DNA of 63,913 nt, counting the filler, from Acidimicrobiia bacterium (GTDB lineage: Bacteria; Actinomycetota; Acidimicrobiia; Spongiisociales; JAENVV01): assembly GCA_041577335.1 (NCBI GenBank). It is 3 parts of 3 records of this genome, joined end to end, with 100 filler letters (N's around TTAATTAATTAA, not from the genome) between each part and the next. Parts side by side here need not be neighbours in the genome. Positions count along the whole stretch, not along the records: positions 23,819 to 47,393 come from JBFGJH010000054.1; 2 more parts are not named here. One strand, 5' to 3'. This document shows positions 30,892 to 39,478 of the stretch, piece after piece; the stretch's first letter is position 1; every line of letters starts with the position of its first letter. Under the pieces are notes generated by a model. It made no database searches and was not told the DNA's origin. It saw only the letters and a program-made list of their open reading frames with translations. The translations under genes and the position numbers were made by a program.

Positions 30892-31256
30892 GCCAGCTGG
30901 ATGGTTTTCCGCAAGAATGAAACCGCTGTAGCCGAGGTCTGTCGGTCAGCAACATCGCCTCCGCCGACGAGGACTGACCCGTCACCTTTGTCTTCAACGG
31001 CGGGGGCCGGGTGCATCCTCGGCCCACCTGCACGTGGAACGGTCGGGCGCGCCGGTCCGCCTGGTGAACAACGGTGAGTCGTGGCTCGGGTTCACCGACC
31101 TCGTCTTAATCGACCCGGGTGATACCCGCCACCGGCGATAACACCACCTTCCTAAGGCGAGTCCGTACTCGACCGCCTCGGAGATCTCCTCGGCTTGCCG
31201 CCGGTGGTCGGAGAACTTCGGTCACTTCTATCCCCTCGCCGTGCCACGAACCGGCC
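30892..31256 (+). pseudogene. Mosaic of decayed fragments of an S10 carboxypeptidase gene and an LLM-F420 gene
   Basis: Pieces align by eye to 39612-39766, 39821-39878, 40310-40335, 40374-40412 and 37851-37894, with frameshifts and a stop. Confidence 0.85.
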
Positions 31257-31266
31257 GCCTAGGCGC

Positions 31267-34200
31267 CTACAACCCAGCTGGGACATCGCCGGCACGGTCG
31301 GTGTCGTTTGGCCATTGGCTGAAAAGACGGCGCGCCCTTTGCGTCAAGGCTTCCCACGGCTCGGATTGGCCGATCTCCCAGGCGTGATCGAATGACCTAT
31401 CGCCCAGAACCGATCGGGCGTGGTCGAGAGCGGCGCGTAGCTCTCTCTCGAGCGGCTTCGGCAGGATCTCCCCAACCAAGTCCAACCGGGTCGCTGCCGC
31501 CGCGTGGAATACCACCGAATCGGCCACTTGACCCCTGGCTCGAGCGATCTGGGCAATCACGAACAACAGATGCGACCTCTCGCCGGCGTCGTTCCAAACC
31601 GTGGTGATTTCGATTGCCTCGGCGGCCGCTTCGATCGCGGCACCAACCTTGCCTTCTCGGAGGAGCGACCGCGCAAGGCCGAGCGTGGCGATGCAAACAT
31701 CGGATGGGAATCCACTCATGCGTGCGTTCTCTAGGAAGTACAGGGCATGCTGCTTCGCTTCGTCGATTCGGTCGGTAGCCAGACACACCTCGACGAGGGG
31801 CCCCAGGGCGACGCCGGCAACGCCGTGCCGGTCCAGCTTTCGGAGCCGTGCAAGAGCCTGACTCAAGAGCAGATAGGAGACCTGAAGATCTCCGCGATAG
31901 AGCGCTTCTTCTCCCCGGATCGAGGTCACCCAGATAGAGATCATTGGGAGACCCATCGAGGCAACCGCCCCTTCCATCTTCTCGAGATGGAATTCGGTCC
32001 CCCGAACGTCCCCGGCCCTCACGCATTCGCTAGCCAGCCAACCCCGAAGCTGCGCGGCCTCCGGATCGCCATGAGCCTCGAGGTGCTCAGCGGCTCGCCC
32101 AACCGCTTGGCAGGCCTCGACAGTTGCGCCAACCGCCATGAGGTAGTCGGCTTCGGCCCACGCTGCGGTCGAATACACGAACAAATCGGCGGAGGAGGCC
32201 GCAGCCTGCCGAAGCTCCTCGAGGGTGGATTCGGCGTCGGCAAGCCGCCCCGACTCTATGTGGACACCGACCGTTGCGCCGAGGATTCGAGCCCGCTCCG
32301 CGCTGATCGTTCCACGGCTGATTGCGAGGACGCGATCGAACATCGGAATGACGTGGGGGTTGGGTGCTGCATAGTTGGCGTGAACATCGAGATTGGCGGC
32401 AAGAGCGACCGCGGAGCCGGCATCTCCTGACTCAACAGCCCATGCAAGCGCCGCACGGACCTCAGGCGCGTTGCGGGACAGCCCTGCGAGCCGACCGGCG
32501 AATTCAGGCGAATCAAAAGCTGGAAGGTCGCTGTAGGCCGACGCGAAGTAGGCGCAGTGCCGCTGACGAATCTTCGCTTCTTCTCCGCTAGCACGCAGCT
32601 GATCGAGGGCGTACGCCCGAACAAGTGCGAGCATCCCGTATCGTCTTGGGTCGGTATCGCGGACGTCCAACAGTGAAGCGCTGATGAGGTCCCCGACCAG
32701 GCCGAGCATCTCCTCCCCATCCAAACCGCCGCCGCCGCACACCTGGTCGATGGCTCGCATTGTGGGTGCGTCCGCGAAGGCCGCCAGCCGCCGAAACAGG
32801 ACCTGCTGCGGGGGCTCGAGCAGAGAGTGACTCCAGTCGATCACTGTTCGGATCGAACGGTGACGTTCCGGCATGGAAGTCACGGACCCGAGGGTGCCCA
32901 GATCGGCATCGAGCCGTTCGAGGAGCTGAGGCGCCGACACCAGTCTCACCTGCGCCGCGGCGAGTTCGATAGCCAACGGCACGCCGTCCAGCCTCCGGCA
33001 TATTTCTGCGATGGCAGCAATCTCACCGGGCGACGAGCCGACGGCCCCGTGAAGATTCGCCCTGTCGACAAAGAGCGCAACTGATTCCGATTGGAGCACC
33101 TCCATGGCGGATGACCCAGCCGGCACCTGTAGCGGCGGAACGACGTACACCTGCTCGCCGATGATTCCTAGCGGAACACGGCTGGTCGCCATCACCCGAA
33201 GTCCCTGGCACCCGTGCAAGAGCGTCTCCACGAAATCAGCCACTCCCGGGCCAAGGTGCTCACAATTGTCGAGAATGAGCAACGCATCATGGTCCACGAG
33301 CCGAGCGACCAGCGCGTCGACTGGGTCGCTGCCCACCAAGGGAGGATGCCCAAGCGCCGCCCCTACCTGGTCGGCGACTTCACGGTCCTCAGTGAGCGGG
33401 GCGAGCTCCGCCAACCATGCCCCTTGGCTGAACGCTCCGCCGGCTCGACGGCCGACCTCCAATGCCAGAGTCGACTTGCCGACCCCCCCGAACCCCGTGA
33501 CGGTGACGAGCCGGTTTGAGCCAAGCAGCATCTCCAACTCTTCGATCTCGGCTGCTCTACCGACGAGGGATTGGATCCGTGCCGGCAAATTGTGGCGGGC
33601 CCAGGCCGGACGAGACGGTTCGAAGGGCAGTTCGTGGAGGAGAATCTGATCTTCCAGCTTGCGCAACGACTCGTTTGGTTCGATACCGAGTTCGTCGCCC
33701 AACACACGAGAGGCCGACTGGAACGCGCTCAGAGCCTCCGCTTGCTGGTCGGTCCGATACAGCGCCACCATGAGCTGGCCCCAGAAGCGTTCCCTCAGCG
33801 GATACCGCGTCGTGAGGTCCCGCAGCTCGCCCAGCACGCCTCGATGGTCGCCCAATTCCAGGTCGGCCTGGATTCGGTCTTCGAGGCACAGCAGCCGTTC
33901 CTCTTCGAGGCGGATGATCTCGCTCTGGGCGAAGGGCTCGTAGCGAAAATCTTGGTACGCCGAGCCTCTCCATAACTCGAGAGCCGCTGCCAGCTGGTCG
34001 CGAGCGCGGACAGTTTGGCCGCTGGCCAGATCTCTGGAGCCTGCCTGTGCCAAATCCTCGAACCGAAGGGCGTCCAGCTCATCTGCGCCAACGTGAAGCA
34101 GATACCCGTGCGGCGTCGTTTCGAGCGGCCCGCCCTCGCCGGTATCGCGTTGCGGGGTCAAGGCGTCTCGGAGCTTGGAGACGTGAAAACGAAGGGCCCT

Positions 34201-34374
34201 CACTCCACCGCCTGGCGGGTTGCTCCCCCACAGTCCATCCATGAGCGTATCGACGGAGACCGGGCGGTTGGCATCGACGAGCAGCATCGCCAGCAAGCTC
34301 TGCTGTTTGGCAGCCGGAAGCGCGGTCGCGTTGTGGCCGCGAACAGCCAATGGACCCAGCACTCGATAGTCCAT
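31267..34374 (-). CDS. AfsR/SARP-family regulator: wHTH-BTAD-STAND NTPase-TPR
   Basis: MDYRVLGPL, HVSKLRDAL, ALELWRG, PLRERFWGQLMVALYR, Walker A GFGGVGKS, LLILDNCEH, LDGVPLAIELAA. Confidence 0.93.
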   Translation of the reverse strand: MDYRVLGPLAVRGHNATALPAAKQQSLLAMLLVDANRPVSVDTLMDGLWGSNPPGGGVRALRFHVSKLRDALTPQRDTGEGGPLETTPHGYLLHVGADELDALRFEDLAQAGSRDLASGQTVRARDQLAAALELWRGSAYQDFRYEPFAQSEIIRLEEERLLCLEDRIQADLELGDHRGVLGELRDLTTRYPLRERFWGQLMVALYRTDQQAEALSAFQSASRVLGDELGIEPNESLRKLEDQILLHELPFEPSRPAWARHNLPARIQSLVGRAAEIEELEMLLGSNRLVTVTGFGGVGKSTLALEVGRRAGGAFSQGAWLAELAPLTEDREVADQVGAALGHPPLVGSDPVDALVARLVDHDALLILDNCEHLGPGVADFVETLLHGCQGLRVMATSRVPLGIIGEQVYVVPPLQVPAGSSAMEVLQSESVALFVDRANLHGAVGSSPGEIAAIAEICRRLDGVPLAIELAAAQVRLVSAPQLLERLDADLGTLGSVTSMPERHRSIRTVIDWSHSLLEPPQQVLFRRLAAFADAPTMRAIDQVCGGGGLDGEEMLGLVGDLISASLLDVRDTDPRRYGMLALVRAYALDQLRASGEEAKIRQRHCAYFASAYSDLPAFDSPEFAGRLAGLSRNAPEVRAALAWAVESGDAGSAVALAANLDVHANYAAPNPHVIPMFDRVLAISRGTISAERARILGATVGVHIESGRLADAESTLEELRQAAASSADLFVYSTAAWAEADYLMAVGATVEACQAVGRAAEHLEAHGDPEAAQLRGWLASECVRAGDVRGTEFHLEKMEGAVASMGLPMISIWVTSIRGEEALYRGDLQVSYLLLSQALARLRKLDRHGVAGVALGPLVEVCLATDRIDEAKQHALYFLENARMSGFPSDVCIATLGLARSLLREGKVGAAIEAAAEAIEITTVWNDAGERSHLLFVIAQIARARGQVADSVVFHAAAATRLDLVGEILPKPLERELRAALDHARSVLGDRSFDHAWEIGQSEPWEALTQRARRLFSQWPNDTDRAGDVPAGL

Positions 34375-34671
34375 GCCCAAGGGTACTTGCCGCCGACGGA
34401 TGCGGCTCGAGAGTTTCCGACGAGCGAAACCGTCGCCTTCGCACGCCAGACGCCCAAGCCTCACGATCGCTAGCCGGCCGCCGAGCCGATCCACCGATAT
34501 CGCCGCGATCGGGTGCATTTCGCAGCCTCATCTCCAGTTGAATCGACCGCCAAGCTCATGCTCAGCCGCGGGTCTAGGGATCGGTCCCGGCCTCGACCCT
34601 CGGGCCTCTCAGGGACCGCGACCTCGATGGGAGTCTCGGCCTGGCATGCAGGCTGCGATCCGCCCTGATGC

Positions 34672-34718
34672 GCAGCTAATCGAGCGCTAACGCAGCGCAA
34701 ACCTCTTTGGCGCACAGT
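34672..34718 (+). promoter_or_regulatory. Candidate SARP binding site: three direct repeats with 11-bp period upstream of a -10-like CACAGT
   Basis: GCTAA (34675), GCTAA (34686), GCAAA (34697). Confidence 0.5.
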
Positions 34719-34790
34719 GACTACGCCAGCCGACGTCCGACGAAGAGTCGGAACCGGTCGGCGAGTCGCAACCAAACCAAGGAGGTTGAT

Positions 34791-35456
34791 ATGCGACACA
34801 AGACAATCTTGCTGATGGTGGCGGCCACCATGCTCCTGGCAGCCCTCCCGGCAGCAGCTTCGAACACCTACCTCGAAGGGCCCGACCCTGCCAAGTGGCT
34901 ATCGGACCCCGACGGAGTGGACGGAGAAAACGGCATCGAGCAGGGCGACCCCGTTGAGGGATCGTCTGGCTGGGTGAAAGTCAATGACAGTGGCGCCACG
35001 GTCCGAGTCAAGGCCACCGGCCTCGAACCTGGGCACACCTACACAATGTGGTTGGCGTACTTCAACGACCAAACCCAATGCATCGGCGGCTGCACCGGAG
35101 CCGATCGGGCCGCCGCAGGTGGCGGTGTGCTCTGGGGCGCCGGCCGGGTCGGCACCGCCAACGGCGACGTCACGTTCACAGCCAAACTCAAAGCAGGTGA
35201 CGGAGCCGAGTACGTCGGCGGGTCGAAGCCGCCGCCGTTCTCCACCGCGGCCTACGAGCCAGGTCCCAACAACGAACTGCATCTGGTGATCCGCTCCCAC
35301 GGCCCCAAGATCGCGGGTCTCGTCCATGAGCAGCTGTCGTCGTTCAACGGGGGCTGCGAATACCAGGTTGGGCCCACCCCGGGCCAGCTCGGTGACTTCC
35401 CGATCCCGCTAGCCGAAGGCGAATGCGGAGACGTCCAGCTGTACGTCTTCAAGTAG
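34791..35456 (+). CDS. Secreted hypothetical protein
   Basis: GGAGG RBS; signal peptide MRHKTILLMVAATMLLAALPAAA; 4 Cys; ELHLVIRSHGP motif. Confidence 0.8.
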   Translation: MRHKTILLMVAATMLLAALPAAASNTYLEGPDPAKWLSDPDGVDGENGIEQGDPVEGSSGWVKVNDSGATVRVKATGLEPGHTYTMWLAYFNDQTQCIGGCTGADRAAAGGGVLWGAGRVGTANGDVTFTAKLKAGDGAEYVGGSKPPPFSTAAYEPGPNNELHLVIRSHGPKIAGLVHEQLSSFNGGCEYQVGPTPGQLGDFPIPLAEGECGDVQLYVFK

Positions 35457-35483
35457 CCACAGCGAAGAAGAAGGAGAACAGCA

Positions 35484-35987
35484 ATGACCGATATCCAGGA
35501 AAGAAAACCACAGACGGAGCAACCGGTCCAGCCAACGGCCCGCAACGTAATGAAGCAGGCCGCAGTAGCGGTGGCGGTCTTTGTGGTCGTGGCAGCAGTC
35601 GTGGCCACGGCAATGGTTCGTTCGACGGAACCGGACGGTCGATCAGAGGCTGCGATCGCCGCAGAATCGGCACGACTCACCGGGCTGGCCAACTGGCAAC
35701 CGCCAACAGAAAGCCTCGAGAGCGTTGACCGGTCTCAGGACCAGGTGCAGAGCTCGACGGACGCCAGGGCTATAGGCGAGACCTTCACCGCCTGGAACCA
35801 GCAGGGTGGCGTCATCGAGGGCCTCGATATGGGCGAGACCTTCACCGGCAACCGGTCACCCCGCACCGTGTGGAATGGCCCGGGTGGCGTCATCGAGGGG
35901 ACCGAAATGGGCGAGACCTTCAACAGCAACGAACCGACCGGTAGCGAATCGAACAGCCAGGGTGGCGTCATCGAGGGGACCGAGTAG
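35484..35987 (+). CDS. Single-TM/secreted protein with tandem GGVIEG-x-x-MGETF repeats
   Basis: AAGGAG RBS; TM AAVAVAVFVVVAAVVATAMV; three GGVIEG units. Confidence 0.75.
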   Translation: MTDIQERKPQTEQPVQPTARNVMKQAAVAVAVFVVVAAVVATAMVRSTEPDGRSEAAIAAESARLTGLANWQPPTESLESVDRSQDQVQSSTDARAIGETFTAWNQQGGVIEGLDMGETFTGNRSPRTVWNGPGGVIEGTEMGETFNSNEPTGSESNSQGGVIEGTE

Positions 35988-36068
35988 GCGAGACGTTCAA
36001 CGGTACGTCTTCGAATAGCCACCACCGCAAGCGGAGCGAAAGCCCCCTCGGCACGAGTGTGCGAGCCG
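35939..36068 (+). repeat. 130-bp direct repeat, copy 1
   Basis: Identical to 37492-37621 except for one A/C mismatch. Confidence 0.95.
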
Positions 36069-36235
36069 AGGGGACACCACCACTTTGCGGCAAACACCCG
36101 ACCGCCCCACCGACCACGCATGCCCGCCACGATGGCGAGACCGCGCCCAACGAAGGACTTAGTAAGCGCATGAGAGACGAATCCCCTAGTGCCAATACTG
36201 GAACCAGGCACGCACGCGGCCGCTACCTGACCCGA

Positions 36236-37030
36236 ATGAGAGGTTTTCTGCTTGGGAGCATCCTCGCCTTCGCCATGGCCGGAGGAGGAATCGCCACGGC
36301 ACAAGCCACACCTCCGGGAGCGTGCGACCGACGACCTGACGACCCGCGATGCGCAACGACGACAACTACCGCTCCATCGAGCACGACCACCGTTGCGACC
36401 ACCACCACGACCGTTCCGCCGACAAGCTCGACAACGACGATCGCCGATCCGCCAACGGCCGGCAGCATAGGAGTGATCGGGGTGTCGAATACCCGGCAGG
36501 CGACGCAAGGCTACGCAGCCGCCTCGTCCGCTGATCTCGTGGTCGAGTTGTCGGGCACAGATATCGGCAACTGTGTCGTGTCGAGGTGGGCAACACCCAC
36601 CGACTTCAGCTACGAGGGCTGCTGGGCCGTCTACGAATCACATCGGCCTGCCGGTGGCTACGTCGGCGTCTGGTTCCAGATTGTCTTTCACGTCTCCGAG
36701 CATGACACGTCTGGTGTACCCACCGTCGAACAAGAGCAATGGGTCTTGGATGTTCTCGACGAAATCGCAGCTCGCGACCCCGGCGCCACCGTGTACCTGT
36801 CAGGGCTCAACGAGTACGAGCTTGGACACGTGTGCACGAGGACTGGGCTCAATGGCGACGTGCTGGCCGGCGTCTTGGCAGGCCAGGTCGCTGACGCCGA
36901 CGCCTACGACCTGATCGTCAGTGGGCCGGTCCTCGGTCCGCTGCCCAGCAATCATCTTTCCGACGGCTGCCATTTGAACGACACAGGAATCGGACTCGTC
37001 GGCGGGCAAATGGTCGCCTACTTCGACTGA
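36236..37030 (+). CDS. Secreted SGNH/GDSL-like hydrolase with a Thr-rich linker
   Basis: Signal peptide, CDRRPDDPRC, Thr-rich linker, IGVIGVSNT (block I-like) and DGCH (DxxH). Confidence 0.65.
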   Translation: MRGFLLGSILAFAMAGGGIATAQATPPGACDRRPDDPRCATTTTTAPSSTTTVATTTTTVPPTSSTTTIADPPTAGSIGVIGVSNTRQATQGYAAASSADLVVELSGTDIGNCVVSRWATPTDFSYEGCWAVYESHRPAGGYVGVWFQIVFHVSEHDTSGVPTVEQEQWVLDVLDEIAARDPGATVYLSGLNEYELGHVCTRTGLNGDVLAGVLAGQVADADAYDLIVSGPVLGPLPSNHLSDGCHLNDTGIGLVGGQMVAYFD

Positions 37031-37049
37031 CGTATTCAAGATGGTTTTC

Positions 37050-37491
37050 GTGGTTGGTCAGCTCTAGCCGGATGGCAACGCGAGAACACCGCCACACGTC
37101 GCCAGGCACCAACAGCTCGGTGCTCGGCTCTTCATAGGCGAGGAAGGCCATCGACGGGTCGGCCGCGGCGGCGCCGCCGACCCGTCCGACGATCAACTGC
37201 CTCCGGACACTGCATTCTTTCAACAGCCGGCCAAGCACATCAGCCAGGTTGATCGCCGTGTACGTAGGCACCGTTGAGCGAGGGCGTTTCGGATCGTCAC
37301 AGGCCTCTCCGAGGCATCGGCGCAAGGCCTGAACGTCGATCCCCCACTCCGTTAGGCACTTCACGAAATCGTCGCCGATGACGCCGGCCTCGAGCCAGCA
37401 CCGGAGCAGCTCACACCAGTCGAAGCCAAAGTTGGCTTCCGAGGTTGGTCGGGTCGGAGGCGTGTCGCCGCCGTGCCAGATGGCCGCCGCG
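37050..37491 (-). pseudogene. 5'-truncated gene fragment ending at the repeat boundary
   Basis: Open frame AAAIWHGGDTPP...DWCELLRCWLE...GIDVQALRRCL looks like a protein C-terminal tail; there is no start, and the frame hits a stop inside repeat copy 2. Confidence 0.45.
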
Positions 37492-37621
37492 CGGTAGCGA
37501 CTCGAACAGCCAGGGTGGCGTCATCGAGGGGACCGAGTAGGCGAGACGTTCAACGGTACGTCTTCGAATAGCCACCACCGCAAGCGGAGCGAAAGCCCCC
37601 TCGGCACGAGTGTGCGAGCCG
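37492..37621 (+). repeat. 130-bp direct repeat, copy 2, ending in a terminator-like hairpin (37593-37630)
   Basis: Copy of 35939-36068; AAGCCCCC-TCGGC...GCCG-TGGGGGCTT stem. Confidence 0.95.
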
Positions 37622-37746
37622 TGGGGGCTTCAATTCGACTCGACAAGCAGCCACCCAGTATCTCAGGCCAGGAGCGGTCAGTCAGCGACGGTCCAGTCGA
37701 GTCGGGCTAGCTTGCGAGCTAGGCGCCAACGACGAGGAGGTACCAA

Positions 37747-38589
37747 GTGGTCGAGTTCGCAGTGAAGACTCCGCCGCATCATGCTCAGTGGACCGACATC
37801 CTCGAAGTGTGGCGGGCGGCAGACGACATGGACGTGTTCAGCGAGGCGTGGAACTTCGATCACTTCTATCCCCTCGCCGAGCCACGGACCGGCCCCTGCC
37901 TGGAGGGATGGACGACATTGGCGGCGCTCACCCAAGCCACCAAACGGATCCGGGTCGGATGCATGGTCAACGGCATGCACTATCGCCACCCGGCGGTGAC
38001 CGCCAACATGGCCGCCAGCCTGGACATCATCTCGGGTGGACGATTCAACCTGGGCCTGGGCGCCGGCTGGTACGAGCTCGAATCGAACGCCTACGGGATC
38101 GAGCTGGGGACCATGCGGGAGCGCATGGATCGCTTCGACGAGGGAGTCGAGGTGGTCAAGAGCTTGCTCAGCAACGAAACAACCGACTTCGCAGGCGTCT
38201 TCTACCAACTCACCGACGCTCGCTGCGAGCCGAAGCCGGTGCAGCAGCCAACGCCGCCGATCGTGATCGGCGGCAAGGGCGAGAAACGCACCCTCCGCAC
38301 CGTGGCGCGCCACGCCGACTACTGGGATGCCATGTTTCCGGGGTCGGTAGCCGACTGGCTCCGGCTCGATGGCATCCTGCGCCAGCATTGCGCAACCGAA
38401 GTCCGCGACGAGAGCGAGATCCGACGTTCCATCCACCTCCGCTGGCACCCCGACGCCGACATGGCAGAGCTGGTCGCCACGGCCCACGAATACGGTGCAG
38501 CCGGCGTCGACGTCGTCATCTTCGCCATGCAACATCCCTACCGACCCGACCGGCTTGAGAAGCTCGCCACCAAGCTGCAAGACACCTAA
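37747..38589 (+). CDS. LLM-class F420-dependent oxidoreductase
   Basis: WNFDHFYP, CLEGWTTLAAL, YRHPAVTANMA, SGGRFNLGLGAGW, IGGKGEKRTL. Confidence 0.93.
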   Translation: MVEFAVKTPPHHAQWTDILEVWRAADDMDVFSEAWNFDHFYPLAEPRTGPCLEGWTTLAALTQATKRIRVGCMVNGMHYRHPAVTANMAASLDIISGGRFNLGLGAGWYELESNAYGIELGTMRERMDRFDEGVEVVKSLLSNETTDFAGVFYQLTDARCEPKPVQQPTPPIVIGGKGEKRTLRTVARHADYWDAMFPGSVADWLRLDGILRQHCATEVRDESEIRRSIHLRWHPDADMAELVATAHEYGAAGVDVVIFAMQHPYRPDRLEKLATKLQDT

Positions 38590-38850
38590 TGAGCTTCGCC
38601 GGGCCGAAATGACGCCAACAGCTCCTGACTGATCACAGTCCACGGTCCTGGCATTCTTGCTCCCAATGATCCAACCCGGCCACCAACGTGTTCTTCAACG
38701 TGCCGACCTACCCCGCTACGTTCGCCAGATCCTTGGACGACCCGGAGAAGCGTGGGGGTTGACCCGACAGCCCGACCAGCTGGTCGTGGTCCGGCCGGCG
38801 TTCAACAGGTAGCGGTCTTCCCCACGGCGCCGACCTGGGACAGCAGCTCT

Positions 38851-38904
38851 TTGACAAAACTTACAGCGTATGGCAGACTGCCCCCAATCATCTTACATCG
38901 TAAG
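38851..38904 (+). promoter_or_regulatory. Promoter with two TetR-type palindromic operators
   Basis: TTGACA (38851)-17 bp-CAGACT; CTTACAGCGTATG (38860) and CTTACATCGTAAG (38892). Confidence 0.65.
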
Positions 38905-38922
38905 TTTCGGAAGGAACCAATC

Positions 38923-39339
38923 ATGCAAACCATCCATGACCGCAAGGCCTTGCTCTCGACCCTTTGGGTCTTTGTCCTGCTGAACATGCTGTTCCGCGAC
39001 ATTCACGAGATCTTCCGTCCCGGCGCAATGGAGGAATACATGTCCCTAACAGTTTCCGAGGGCGCGTTCTTGGCGGCAGCCTTCGGTTTGGAACTGATGA
39101 TCGGGATGGTCGTGTTGTCCCGCGTGTTGCCTCGCCGAGCGAATCGCTGGGCGAACATCGGTGTGAGCTTGGTCACCTTGGCCGCGTTCAGCGCCAACTT
39201 GCCCCGCGACCTCGACGACGTCGCGTTCATGACCTTCGAAGTCATCGGGCTGGCGGCGATCATCTGGCTGGCGTGGAGCTGGCCGCAGAGCGCCCCTCAG
39301 CAGCAGAGCCAGGAACGGCTCACCACCCAGGCGGTGTAG
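38923..39339 (+). CDS. Small 4-TM membrane protein (DUF6326-like)
   Basis: LSTLWVFVLLNMLFRDIHE...MVVLSRVL...NRWANI; AAGGA RBS. Confidence 0.75.
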   Translation: MQTIHDRKALLSTLWVFVLLNMLFRDIHEIFRPGAMEEYMSLTVSEGAFLAAAFGLELMIGMVVLSRVLPRRANRWANIGVSLVTLAAFSANLPRDLDDVAFMTFEVIGLAAIIWLAWSWPQSAPQQQSQERLTTQAV

Positions 39340-39478
39340 GGCTCTCTATGACATCGAAGGGTCATCGATCACTCCGCTCGATGACCGACAGGCGAGGCAT
39401 CTGCCGGTCGGTGCCCACACGCTGAGGGCGTCCAGTGGTCGTTGCGATTCCACGCCGATCGTCGACTAACTTCGCTCC

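Noticed and set aside
30892..31256. DGR template for the S10 gene
   Set aside because: Differences are not adenine-specific and include many indels; it behaves as an ordinary pseudogene
35939..37621. Diversity-generating retroelement TR/VR pair
   Set aside because: Only one mismatch, with the A in the gene copy rather than the putative template; no reverse transcriptase in the window
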